Shown one piece after another: positions 19,200 to 27,846 of a stretch of 64,000 bases of DNA. The stretch covers positions 193,148 through 257,147 of the forward strand of contig MGRG01000005.1 in assembly GCA_001798075.1 (NCBI GenBank), written 5' to 3'. The notes under the pieces were generated by a model. That model was not told the DNA's origin, searched no databases, and saw only the letters and a program-made list of their open reading frames with translations. Source of the DNA: Deltaproteobacteria bacterium RIFCSPHIGHO2_01_FULL_43_49. GTDB lineage: Bacteria > UBA10199 > SPLOWO2-01-44-7. A program made the translations under genes and the position numbers. Numbering within the stretch: the stretch's first letter is position 1; each line of letters opens with the position of its first letter.

Positions 19200-20426
19200 A
19201 TGGCGCCTATAGCGAATATATTGGGTATTGGTACTGCACAAGCCTCTTTAGCCCAAATGGAGGCCAGTCTTGTCATCTCTCAAGATGAGACAGGGGTTGA
19301 AAATCCACCAGCTAATGCAGACCAATTTGTAATAGCAGATGAGCCCCTTATTTCTCCAAAAATTCATTCTAACTCGTCTCCTGAATCACTTGCGGCTTTC
19401 GGGATGTTTGGTCTTTCACCTCTATCACTAGCGATTTGTGCGGGCGGTTTGTTAATGGCAAAATTAATGCGCCGACCCCTCTCGCAACTCCTTATCACTA
19501 CGCTTGGGACAACTTGGGCAGCAACGACTATGGTTGAAGGAAATTGGCCTCTTGCCATTGAGCTCTATCTTAGCGGGTGTGCAACGTTAAGAATGATCAA
19601 ACATTTCAATATACACCCCTCTACTCAAAAACCAATAGATGCCAGAAGTTTTCGGGACTATTTTGATGTTTCAAAATTACCTCGGCTTCGTGATAAGTAT
19701 GGTCGCGATGAATGTTATACAAAAGCAGTAGACGCACTCGAAAAAATTTTAATGGACAATCCTAAACTGCAGCAGTTTTTTGATTTCGATCCGCGCCACC
19801 AAAGTTTGTTGGATGAAATGGGTTGGGTAAGAATTGCAGACGACTATATAGGAAAAATTTCAACGGCAACAGGTTCAGCAAAAGGCATTTTTGTTCCCAT
19901 GGATGAAACGTTATATACGGGTGGTGTTGTTGAATTTGGTGTCCATGAATTAGCACACGTTCTTCATTTTACTGCTATTAGAAAGAAAGTGTCATTCAAT
20001 GATCTTCAGAGGGTTAAAGAATACTTTGATACTCATGATGTCCATCAACGCATTGCCCCTTTTTTAGATACGGTGAGACAACATTTAGTGAAGAGTGATT
20101 CGGGATCTCCAATTCCACATGAAGTAAGAAATGCAGCAGCAATATTAATCTTCCAAATTGGCAAAGGAGAATTTGGAGGTCACCATGAAAGTGTCCCCAC
20201 ATTTTTACAAACAAAACTCAGTTTTTTTGCAAGAAGCCTAAAATTCAGGCCTTGGATGTTTATAAATCAATTAATCGCCTGGTTCCTCATGCCGATGGCT
20301 TGGATTGGTGGAATTCATCGCGACACTCAGTTTTTGAATCCTCTCTTTGCTTATGACAATCCATTTATTCTTAGGCGCGTTCTTAAATTAGGTCCAATTG
20401 ATTCACTTCTGGGAAGCGAAGGTTAA
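19200..20426 (+). CDS. Orphan membrane-associated protein with HExxH motif
   Basis: Low-complexity N-terminus, hydrophobic segments, VHELAH. Confidence 0.7.
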   Translation: MAPIANILGIGTAQASLAQMEASLVISQDETGVENPPANADQFVIADEPLISPKIHSNSSPESLAAFGMFGLSPLSLAICAGGLLMAKLMRRPLSQLLITTLGTTWAATTMVEGNWPLAIELYLSGCATLRMIKHFNIHPSTQKPIDARSFRDYFDVSKLPRLRDKYGRDECYTKAVDALEKILMDNPKLQQFFDFDPRHQSLLDEMGWVRIADDYIGKISTATGSAKGIFVPMDETLYTGGVVEFGVHELAHVLHFTAIRKKVSFNDLQRVKEYFDTHDVHQRIAPFLDTVRQHLVKSDSGSPIPHEVRNAAAILIFQIGKGEFGGHHESVPTFLQTKLSFFARSLKFRPWMFINQLIAWFLMPMAWIGGIHRDTQFLNPLFAYDNPFILRRVLKLGPIDSLLGSEG

Positions 20427-20792
20427 TCAGGAAAGCGATTCTTGTTGCCAACCATGACAAAGGGCATTGAGCCAGGCAAGTTTTCCCTGAGATGCTTTTG
20501 AAATAGGAGAGTTTGATTTTTGAAGAAGGCTTTGAAAAAAAGGCTCGACGATTTCTTCTCGTTCCTCTTTGGTGGTCGCCGCCATCAATTTGACAAAAAG
20601 GTCTCCAACCAATTTGCCATCCCCAATGTGAGGGGACAGAATTGCAGCACGAAAAGTAGCCAACCTTGTATTTAAATCTCCTTTTTCAAAAACTTTTTGC
20701 AAGAGATGGGTGGCTTCTTTAGGCCTGAAAGTGGCAACCTTTTGAAGACCATAAAGATAAGCATGCGTTTTTCCGTTCAATACATTTAACAT
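20427..20792 (-). CDS. Hypothetical helical protein
   Basis: 121-aa ORF overlapping the upstream ORF by 7 nt. Confidence 0.5.
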   Translation of the reverse strand: MLNVLNGKTHAYLYGLQKVATFRPKEATHLLQKVFEKGDLNTRLATFRAAILSPHIGDGKLVGDLFVKLMAATTKEEREEIVEPFFQSLLQKSNSPISKASQGKLAWLNALCHGWQQESLS

Positions 20793-21268
20793 AGGCTATC
20801 TAATGCCGGCAAAATAGCGCCAATATCTCCACAAGCAATTTGAACCAAACGAAACCAGGGCTCACTTAGTTTATTTGTTGAAGTGTTCAAAGCATCTTTA
20901 AGCATCTGTTGAACAACCAATGGTTGCAGCTCACTTAAAGTTACCAATCTTGGCAAATCGTTATCAAAGAAATATCGAATGACATTATCTGGAGCGGTAG
21001 AAAGTCTTTCAATTTTGGCAATCAGTTGGGTTGTCTCTTCTTTGACATGGCGCCTTGTCAATAATGTTTGCACCCATCGGATCGGCCTCCACGTCGGCTC
21101 CGCTAATTTTACCGATTGTTCTTCTTGTGGTGGGATATATTCATCTATTGCGATACCTGGATCGGTGACTTCATCGTTGTCATTGCGAGGCTGTAAGGCC
21201 GAAGCAATCTCCCGTGTGATCGTAGATTGCTTCGCTTCGCTCGCAATGACAAATTTAAACCAGCTCAT
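20786..21268 (-). CDS. Hypothetical protein with an in-frame palindromic repeat near its N-terminus
   Basis: ATGA overlap with the queF stop codon; 160 aa. Confidence 0.55.
   Translation of the reverse strand: MSWFKFVIASEAKQSTITREIASALQPRNDNDEVTDPGIAIDEYIPPQEEQSVKLAEPTWRPIRWVQTLLTRRHVKEETTQLIAKIERLSTAPDNVIRYFFDNDLPRLVTLSELQPLVVQQMLKDALNTSTNKLSEPWFRLVQIACGDIGAILPALDSLC
21179..21250. repeat. GTCATTGCGAG-type palindromic (REP/RPE-like) element
   Basis: GTCATTGCGAG...CGAAGCAATCT-loop-AGATTGCTTCG...CTCGCAATGAC, 72 nt. Confidence 0.85.
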
Positions 21269-21639
21269 CGTTCAATATCCCTCGATTTTTCTCCATGCGT
21301 TGCGGTAACCGTTGTTGTAATTCCGCCTCTCACACTAAAAACTGCTTGAATTTCCATCCAGCTCGGCTCCACCACATAAACCAGATCATTTAAAATTTGG
21401 TTCGCCACTTTTTCGTGAAAAGCCCCTTCATTGCGAAAAGACCAGAGGTAATTTTTGAGTGCTTTGAGTTCAAAACACATTTTGGCCGGCACATATCGAA
21501 TATGGATAGTTGCAAAATCGGGCTGTCCCGTTCTGGGACAAAGACAGGTAAATTCCGGGCATTCACAGTGAACGACGTAATTTCTTTCCGGATAAGGGTT
21601 TGGAAAAACCTCTATATTTTTTGATGGTTCGCTTGACAC
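21265..21639 (-). CDS. queF: NADPH-dependent preQ0 reductase (type I)
   Basis: [32 protein letters not shown] start after a GAGGGGAG RBS. Confidence 0.95.
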   Translation of the reverse strand: MSSEPSKNIEVFPNPYPERNYVVHCECPEFTCLCPRTGQPDFATIHIRYVPAKMCFELKALKNYLWSFRNEGAFHEKVANQILNDLVYVVEPSWMEIQAVFSVRGGITTTVTATHGEKSRDIER

Positions 21640-21826
21640 TGCTCCCCTCTTATCAAATTGATTTGGGCACCGCAACCGATTTTAAATCGCCGATTAGGAG
21701 TTGTTCTTCCCAGTGGCGAACCACTGGGAAGAACAATGCACCATACTATCGCGGCGTTTGCCAACAGCCACCGGCTGTTGTTTTCCGCCTTGATTTCCCT
21801 CGTTTTGGTTGATAAGCAGCTCTTCT

Positions 21827-22417
21827 ATGTCTGGCCAAAACATTATTGTTTTAGACCTAGAAACCAAAAGGACCTTTGAAGATGTTGGTGGAAGGGAAAA
21901 CTTGGGCGAATTGGGGGTTTCTTTGGTGGGGGTTTATTCTTATCTTCATGGCGACTATCAAGCTTTTTGGGAAGATGATTTTCCAAAACTCTTGAGTCTG
22001 CTCGTTAGCAAACCGTTGGTAGTTGGCTTCAATCAGAAACGTTTTGATCTGCCTGTTTTGCAGCCTTATTTTAAAAATTTTGATCTCAAAAGTTTACCAA
22101 TACTCGATATTTTGGATGAGTTGACCAAAACTTTGGGCCACCGAGTCAGTTTGGATAGTGTGGCGCAGGCAACACTGGGGACTAGAAAAAGTGGCCATGG
22201 TTTGGATGCGATTCGCTACTGGAACCGAAAGGAACTCGATAAATTAAAAAAATATTGTTTGGATGATGTACGCATTACAAAAGAGGTTTATGAATATGGG
22301 GCCAAGCATGGTGAACTTATATTTATGGATAAATTCAGCACCTCAAAATTAAAAGCGCCGGTTTCTTGGAAGTTGCAAACTAACGAAAAGGAAGATAAAC
22401 AGTATTCTCTTTTTTAA
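21827..22417 (+). CDS. RNase H-like (YprB / RNase_H_2) 3'-5' exonuclease domain protein
   Basis: VLDLET, GFNQKRFD, YCLDDV (DEDD-type). Confidence 0.85.
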   Translation: MSGQNIIVLDLETKRTFEDVGGRENLGELGVSLVGVYSYLHGDYQAFWEDDFPKLLSLLVSKPLVVGFNQKRFDLPVLQPYFKNFDLKSLPILDILDELTKTLGHRVSLDSVAQATLGTRKSGHGLDAIRYWNRKELDKLKKYCLDDVRITKEVYEYGAKHGELIFMDKFSTSKLKAPVSWKLQTNEKEDKQYSLF

Positions 22418-22420
22418 ATT

Positions 22421-23332
22421 ATGACGGATGATTTTATCATTATTGGTGGTGGGCCCGCTGGATGTTCGGCTGCCCTTTTTGCGGCTCGTGTGAAAAGAAA
22501 AGTGGTCATGATCCACAAAGGAACAACCCCTCTTATTCATTCTTTCAATTGGTTGCTCCCTGGTTTTCCGAATGGATTGGGTCCCGCCGAGTGGCTTAAA
22601 AACATGCGTTCCCAAATTGAAACTTCCGGATTTACCTTTGTGGAAGAAGAGGTTACCCAAGCAGCGCTTGGGGCCAGTGTGAAACAAATTATCACCAGCT
22701 CTGGAAAGGTTTGGGAAGGCCCCGCCATCATTTTGGCAACCGGTTGTTATGACCGAACCGGCTTTATAGAAGGAGAGGCAAAATTTGTCGGTCACGGCGT
22801 TTTTTACAACGCCTATCAAGATGCCTCTTTGTGTGATGGTCAGAGTGTGGTTGTGGAAGGAAAGAATGATCAGGCAATTAGAGAAGCCCTTTATCTTTCT
22901 CGTTTTGCCAGCAAAATCTATTTTATTGTTCCTGCCATGAAATTAGAAGCGGATGAAAAATTGATTGGCGCTCTTCGGGCCAATCCCAATGTTAATCTTC
23001 TCTTGAGTGCCAGCATTAAAAAAATCGAAGGGGAAAATCAACTGGAAGGGGTAACTGTGTTGAGCGCTGGTGAAGAAAAAAAGATTGAGGCAAAAGCGGT
23101 CTTCCTTTTTGCCCGCCAGAGCAAACCAAAATATGATTTTCTCAAGGGAACTATTGAAATTTCTGAAGAAGGTTGTGTTTTGGTGGATGATCAAATGATG
23201 ACTTCAATTCCTGGTGTTTTTGCCTGTGGGGATATGCTCTCCGGTGCGCCACAACTCCAGTTTGTATCCGCCGCGCAAGGTTTAGTTGCCGCCATGAATG
23301 CCGATCGATATCTTTCCAATCCTAATCTGTGA
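22421..23332 (+). CDS. Thioredoxin-reductase-like flavoprotein lacking the CxxC motif
   Basis: IGGGPAG, ILATG, TSIPGVFACGD; YNAYQD in place of YCATCD. Confidence 0.85.
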   Translation: MTDDFIIIGGGPAGCSAALFAARVKRKVVMIHKGTTPLIHSFNWLLPGFPNGLGPAEWLKNMRSQIETSGFTFVEEEVTQAALGASVKQIITSSGKVWEGPAIILATGCYDRTGFIEGEAKFVGHGVFYNAYQDASLCDGQSVVVEGKNDQAIREALYLSRFASKIYFIVPAMKLEADEKLIGALRANPNVNLLLSASIKKIEGENQLEGVTVLSAGEEKKIEAKAVFLFARQSKPKYDFLKGTIEISEEGCVLVDDQMMTSIPGVFACGDMLSGAPQLQFVSAAQGLVAAMNADRYLSNPNL

Positions 23333-23946
23333 CCCCACGGGCCCTCATTTTTGATTTTGACGGCGTGTTGGTTGATTTAGAACCCTTGCACATGAAAGCC
23401 TGGCAAGAAGTTTTAAAACCGATTGATCTTACTTTTTCGGACAAAGACTATGAAGAGCGTTATTTGGGACTCAATGACAGAGATTTTTTAGCCCTCCGTT
23501 TTAAAGAGGCGGGCAAAAAACTTAGTCAGACCCTTTGCAATGAATTGATCCAAAAAAAAGAACACAAAACAACAAAGTTTTTTTCAAAAGAGATACCACT
23601 CATTGATGGGGTTCAAGATTTTTTGAAAAAAGTTTCTCAAAAATATCCGTTAGCTATTGTTACGGGTGGGCTTTCTAATGAAGTCTATTTTGTTTTGGAT
23701 CATTTAAAATGGAGACCTTTGTTTAAAATTATTATTACTTCTGGCGATGTTCAAAAGGGCAAACCCGACCCCGAAGGATTTTTGAAGGCGTACGAAAAAT
23801 TAAAAAATCTTTGTGAGTGGAACCCCCCTTTGCAAAAATCAGAATGCCTTATTTTTGAAGACTCTCAGTATGGCATGGAAGCTGCCAAGAGAGCGGGCAT
23901 CCCATTTGTGCAAGTTCGCGGGAGTCTTAGAGGTTTTGATTATTGA
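23329..23946 (+). CDS. HAD-family phosphatase (beta-PGM/CbbY-like)
   Basis: FDFDGVLVD, GKPDPE, FEDS. Confidence 0.92.
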   Translation: MTPRALIFDFDGVLVDLEPLHMKAWQEVLKPIDLTFSDKDYEERYLGLNDRDFLALRFKEAGKKLSQTLCNELIQKKEHKTTKFFSKEIPLIDGVQDFLKKVSQKYPLAIVTGGLSNEVYFVLDHLKWRPLFKIIITSGDVQKGKPDPEGFLKAYEKLKNLCEWNPPLQKSECLIFEDSQYGMEAAKRAGIPFVQVRGSLRGFDY

Positions 23947-25790
23947 ATGACTTTTAAAAGTTCCAGGACCGCCTCATATTTTCCAAACGGCGGGAAGATA
24001 TAAACTCCTTTGACCCCAGTCATGTCATGGGCTTCTTTGAGGGCTTCTTGGGCGACTTTAAGACCGATTTCCCGCTGGGCCTCTTTTGTAGCGGCCTTTT
24101 TCAATTGATCCATAACGGAGTTGGGGACTTGCATCCCTGGCACTTCATTATGCAAAAACTCTGCGTTTTTGAGGCTGGCTAGAGGCAAGATGCCAACAAA
24201 AAATGGAATTTTTAAAAAAGAACGAGACTTGGCTAAAAATTTATCGAGGAGTTTCGATTCATAAACCGGTTGTGAAAAAATAAACTCGGCTCCCGCTTCG
24301 ATTTTTTTGCGTAGTCTTTCCACTTCTATATCCATATCAATCGCTCCAGGGTTGCAACCACATCCAATAACAAGCGAAGTAGCTTCACCGATCGGGCGAT
24401 TCGCAAAATCCAAACCATGATTCAAATTGTTGATGAAATGGATGAGTCCAATGGCATCGACATCAAAGACAGCCGTCGCATCGGGATATTCCCCCATTTT
24501 TGGAGGGTCTCCCGTAATGACCAAAATATTTTTAAGGCCAACCGCATTGGCACCAATCAGATCCATTTGCATCCCGAGCAAGTTACGATCGCGGCAGCAA
24601 TAATGAATCACGGTTTCCATCCCTAGCTGTTGTTTGATGAGAACCGACATTGCTATGGGGCTCATGCGGGCCATGGCCCTGGGACCATCTGCGATGTTGA
24701 TCACATCAACCCCATGCTCTTTTAAGAATTTAGCCCCTTCGATTGCCCTGCTGGCATCCAGACCTTTGGGAGGATCAATCTCTACGCTCACGGCAAACTT
24801 TTTTCCAAGAATGGCACCAAAAGCACTTCTTTTTTCAACCGGCATCGGAGTTATTTTTTTAATTTCTTCCGTGGGGGTTAAAGTGATAATGGATTCAATT
24901 CGTTTGGTCGGTCTTAGCGTTTTTAAGTAGCGCTTCATCTCTTTGATCATCTCGGGAGTTGTTCCGCAGCAGCCACCAACCAGATGGGCACCCGCTTGAA
25001 CAAGCCGCCTTGCGAACTCCGCCATGTATTCTGGTGTGGCCAAATAAAGAAGCCGATTTTGTTTGACCTGAGGAAGCCCCGCGTTTGGAAAAGCCGATAA
25101 TGGTTTTGTGGCAACCGGAGTCATCAGCTTAATCGCCTCCAAAACACCGACTGGGCCGGTACAACAATTCACACCGACGACATCAGCCCCCCATCCACAC
25201 ATCAAGCGACATGCCTCGGCCGGTTGAATGCCTTTGAAACCTTCTTCTCCTTCATATTTCAGCGTGACTTGTGTGACGATAGGAAGATTTTTTTTAACCG
25301 ATCTCGCCGCTTCATAGGCTAATTTTAATTCATCAAGATTCAGGAAAGTTTCCAAGATAATCAAATCCACCCCTCCTTCGACTAGACCTTGAATCTGTTC
25401 TGCAAAAATAGCTTTGATGTCATTATCTCCCAAAACACTAGCCTGTTTGAATGTCCAAGAAACGGGCCCCACCGCACCCGCAATATAGGCCTGTCCCTTA
25501 GCGGCATCTTTGGCGATTTTTGCACCGGCTCGGTTGATCTCTTTAACTTTATTTTCAAATCCAAAAGCGGCCAATGCCGGGCGGTTGGCGGTAAAGGTGT
25601 TGGTTTCCAAAACCTGGGCACCGGCATTGAGATAATCGAGATGAATATCGCGGATTAAAGTCGGGCTAGATAAATTAAGTTCATCATAGTTGCGGTTCAA
25701 AAAGATGCCCCGGCCATAGATCTCGGTCCCCATTGCCCCGTCGCCCAAGACACCTTCTTCCGACAGCTTTTCCAGAAACGGCTTGTCCAT
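23940..25790 (-). CDS. yitJ: Bifunctional homocysteine S-methyltransferase / 5,10-methylenetetrahydrofolate reductase
   Basis: DGAMGT, GVNC, PNAGLP, GGCCGT followed by an MTHFR domain (VEIDPP, CRDRN, ITGDPP). Confidence 0.93.
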   Translation of the reverse strand: MDKPFLEKLSEEGVLGDGAMGTEIYGRGIFLNRNYDELNLSSPTLIRDIHLDYLNAGAQVLETNTFTANRPALAAFGFENKVKEINRAGAKIAKDAAKGQAYIAGAVGPVSWTFKQASVLGDNDIKAIFAEQIQGLVEGGVDLIILETFLNLDELKLAYEAARSVKKNLPIVTQVTLKYEGEEGFKGIQPAEACRLMCGWGADVVGVNCCTGPVGVLEAIKLMTPVATKPLSAFPNAGLPQVKQNRLLYLATPEYMAEFARRLVQAGAHLVGGCCGTTPEMIKEMKRYLKTLRPTKRIESIITLTPTEEIKKITPMPVEKRSAFGAILGKKFAVSVEIDPPKGLDASRAIEGAKFLKEHGVDVINIADGPRAMARMSPIAMSVLIKQQLGMETVIHYCCRDRNLLGMQMDLIGANAVGLKNILVITGDPPKMGEYPDATAVFDVDAIGLIHFINNLNHGLDFANRPIGEATSLVIGCGCNPGAIDMDIEVERLRKKIEAGAEFIFSQPVYESKLLDKFLAKSRSFLKIPFFVGILPLASLKNAEFLHNEVPGMQVPNSVMDQLKKAATKEAQREIGLKVAQEALKEAHDMTGVKGVYIFPPFGKYEAVLELLKVIQ

Positions 25791-25802
25791 ATTTAATAAT
25801 CT

Positions 25803-25899
25803 GATGAAAAAGTAGCGGGTGCCCCGGAGTGTTTGTTGTGGGGTTTAGTTAGGGGCCCCCGCAAAAACACGAAGGGGCAGGCCCTGCCACTTTTTTATC
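25803..25899 (+). repeat. ~90-nt palindromic repeat, copy C
   Basis: Same core as copy A, with stem variants. Confidence 0.9.
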
Positions 25900-25951
25900 G
25901 ACTCCTCAAAGAGGGTTAGTGGAAAGAAAACCTCAAGGCAAGGGGTTTTAT

Positions 25952-26593
25952 TTATACCCCTCTCACTCCAAAAAAATAATCTTTGCCTTGAGCTGCGGCG
26001 GCCAAATAGGGATTGGTTTTTTTCTGATGGCCCAGGGTATCCGTTGGTTTGGGGCCATAGTCATGGCCAGGATAGACAATAATATCATCTGGCATTTGGG
26101 TTAGCCTTTTTAGTGTCTCAAACATTTTTTCTGGGCTGGAACCTGGAAGATCGACCCTTCCACAGCCATCCACAAATAAAACATCCCCTGTGATCAGATG
26201 ATTTTCAACGAGATAACAAATCATTCCTGGTGTATGGCCTGGCATATGAAGGCACTTTACAGAAAGATTCCCGACTTTGATGATTTCATCGGTCGCAACA
26301 GCCTTGACTGACACTCCCATTTCTTCAATCGCACTGATCTCAAATCCATGAACATAGACTGGAACCTTTAGTTTTTGATAAGCTGTCTCCAATTCTTGAA
26401 TGTGATCAAAATGGGTGTGGGTGAGTAGAATTTTTTCAATCTGCCAGGCTTCTTTTGTTGCAACGGCCATGACTTTTTCAGACTCAAATCCAGGATCGAC
26501 ATACGCCGCCTTTTTGGTGCCGGTGTCCACAATCAGATACGAAAAGTTCGCCATCGGACCCACTGCGATTTGTTTGATCAATACCGGTTGCAT
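25952..26593 (-). CDS. MBL-fold hydrolase (glyoxalase II-like)
   Basis: THTHFDH, PGHTPG, TGDVLF, YPGHDYG. Confidence 0.93.
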   Translation of the reverse strand: MQPVLIKQIAVGPMANFSYLIVDTGTKKAAYVDPGFESEKVMAVATKEAWQIEKILLTHTHFDHIQELETAYQKLKVPVYVHGFEISAIEEMGVSVKAVATDEIIKVGNLSVKCLHMPGHTPGMICYLVENHLITGDVLFVDGCGRVDLPGSSPEKMFETLKRLTQMPDDIIVYPGHDYGPKPTDTLGHQKKTNPYLAAAAQGKDYFFGVRGV

Positions 26594-26665
26594 TTGATAA
26601 TCCGTTTATGCTAGGAAGCGCCCACTTGTAAAGTACCGTGTGGTACCAGGTACCTGGTGGTAACA

Positions 26666-27139
26666 ATGATCAAAGCTCCAATGACCCCTGAGGGGCATAA
26701 AAAGTTGCAAGAAAAGCTGAAACATTTGAAGGCCGTCGAACGCCCAAAAGTCATACATGCCATTGAAATAGCCAGGGGCCATGGCGACCTTTCTGAAAAT
26801 GCAGAATACGATGCCGCCAAAGAAGCCCAAGCTCACTTGAGCCGAGAAATCGCAGAGACTGAAGATAGGCTTTCAAGAGCCGAAGTGATTGATCCCTCCA
26901 AGCTCAATCATGAGAAAATATCGTTTGGAGCCACTGTGACTATAGAAGAGACAGAAAGTGGCACAAAGGTGACCTATCAGATTGTTGGCGCCCATGAATC
27001 GGATGTTAAATTGGGTAAAATCTCTATCGAATCACCCATCGCGAAGGCCTTAATTGGCAAACAAGCGGGTGATGCCACGCAGGTCCACACCCCAAAAGGG
27101 GTCAGAGAATACGAAGTTCTTATCATAGAATACAAATAA
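26666..27139 (+). CDS. greA: Transcription elongation factor GreA
   Basis: HGDLSENAEYDAAK, ISIESPIAKAL. Confidence 0.97.
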   Translation: MIKAPMTPEGHKKLQEKLKHLKAVERPKVIHAIEIARGHGDLSENAEYDAAKEAQAHLSREIAETEDRLSRAEVIDPSKLNHEKISFGATVTIEETESGTKVTYQIVGAHESDVKLGKISIESPIAKALIGKQAGDATQVHTPKGVREYEVLIIEYK

Positions 27140-27284
27140 TCTTTGACAGCAAGATTGTCAAAAAAATGACGTTTACCCACCAAAAGAGGTATTTCCTTAC
27201 CCGCCTGTAGCTAAGCGCCGGATAACGCCCATCAACAAGTCCTAGAAATCACTCTAAATTTTCGAAATCCCGAGAAAATTCCAA

Positions 27285-27301
27285 TTGGCATACCGCTTGC
27301 T
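27285..27301 (+). promoter_or_regulatory. Sigma-54 (-24/-12) promoter
   Basis: TTGGCATACCGCTTGCT fits TGGC-N7-TTGC (GG-N10-GC). Confidence 0.7.
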
Positions 27302-27325
27302 CCTTTGAGGGGGGAGGTTTCCAAA

Positions 27326-27805
27326 ATGGGGTTTTTAAAGGCTTTTACAATTATTACTTTATGGATTCTCCTCTCCTTTTTTTGGGTCAGTATGGGTCAG
27401 TCTAAAGAGATGGAATGTAAAAATTATGGAGAAGTGGAGAGCTGGCTTGGACCCCATGTGGTGTTGCGTGATTGGTACCAATTCTATGTTGCAAGACATG
27501 CCTGCCTGCCACAACAGGAAGCAGAATTTTTCAAGGCCCTCGCAAGTAGCGAGACTTTATCAACTAAACTCAATCAAGCCAAAGTAACCTTCGACCAGTT
27601 TTACATCCCGATTGCAAATTTGATTGATATCGATTGGAAAAAAGTCAAAGAAGTCAAAGCTCAAAATATTCAGAGTGATCTGACATTGATTGATATCAGC
27701 CTCAAAAAAACACTCTCTAAAATGTCAACATTGGATCAAGATTATTTCCGCGCCGTTGTTCTTTTGGACTTACCCAGCGAGTTTGCTTTCATCTATCCTG
27801 AATAG
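27326..27805 (+). CDS. Hypothetical exported protein
   Basis: GGAGGT RBS, N-terminal signal/TM segment. Confidence 0.7.
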   Translation: MGFLKAFTIITLWILLSFFWVSMGQSKEMECKNYGEVESWLGPHVVLRDWYQFYVARHACLPQQEAEFFKALASSETLSTKLNQAKVTFDQFYIPIANLIDIDWKKVKEVKAQNIQSDLTLIDISLKKTLSKMSTLDQDYFRAVVLLDLPSEFAFIYPE

Positions 27806-27846
27806 ACTTGTCTTAAAATCTAAACAATCCTATATAGCCTCCTCCT

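Noticed and set aside
25803..25899. Hairpin upstream of yitJ as a SAM riboswitch
   Set aside because: It is a copy of a dispersed repeat also found between convergent genes and in both orientations; no S-box consensus
27201..27228. CCGCCTGTAGCTAAGCGCCGGATAACGC resembles a tRNA 5' end / D-arm
   Set aside because: No anticodon arm, TTCGA T-loop or acceptor-stem complement follows
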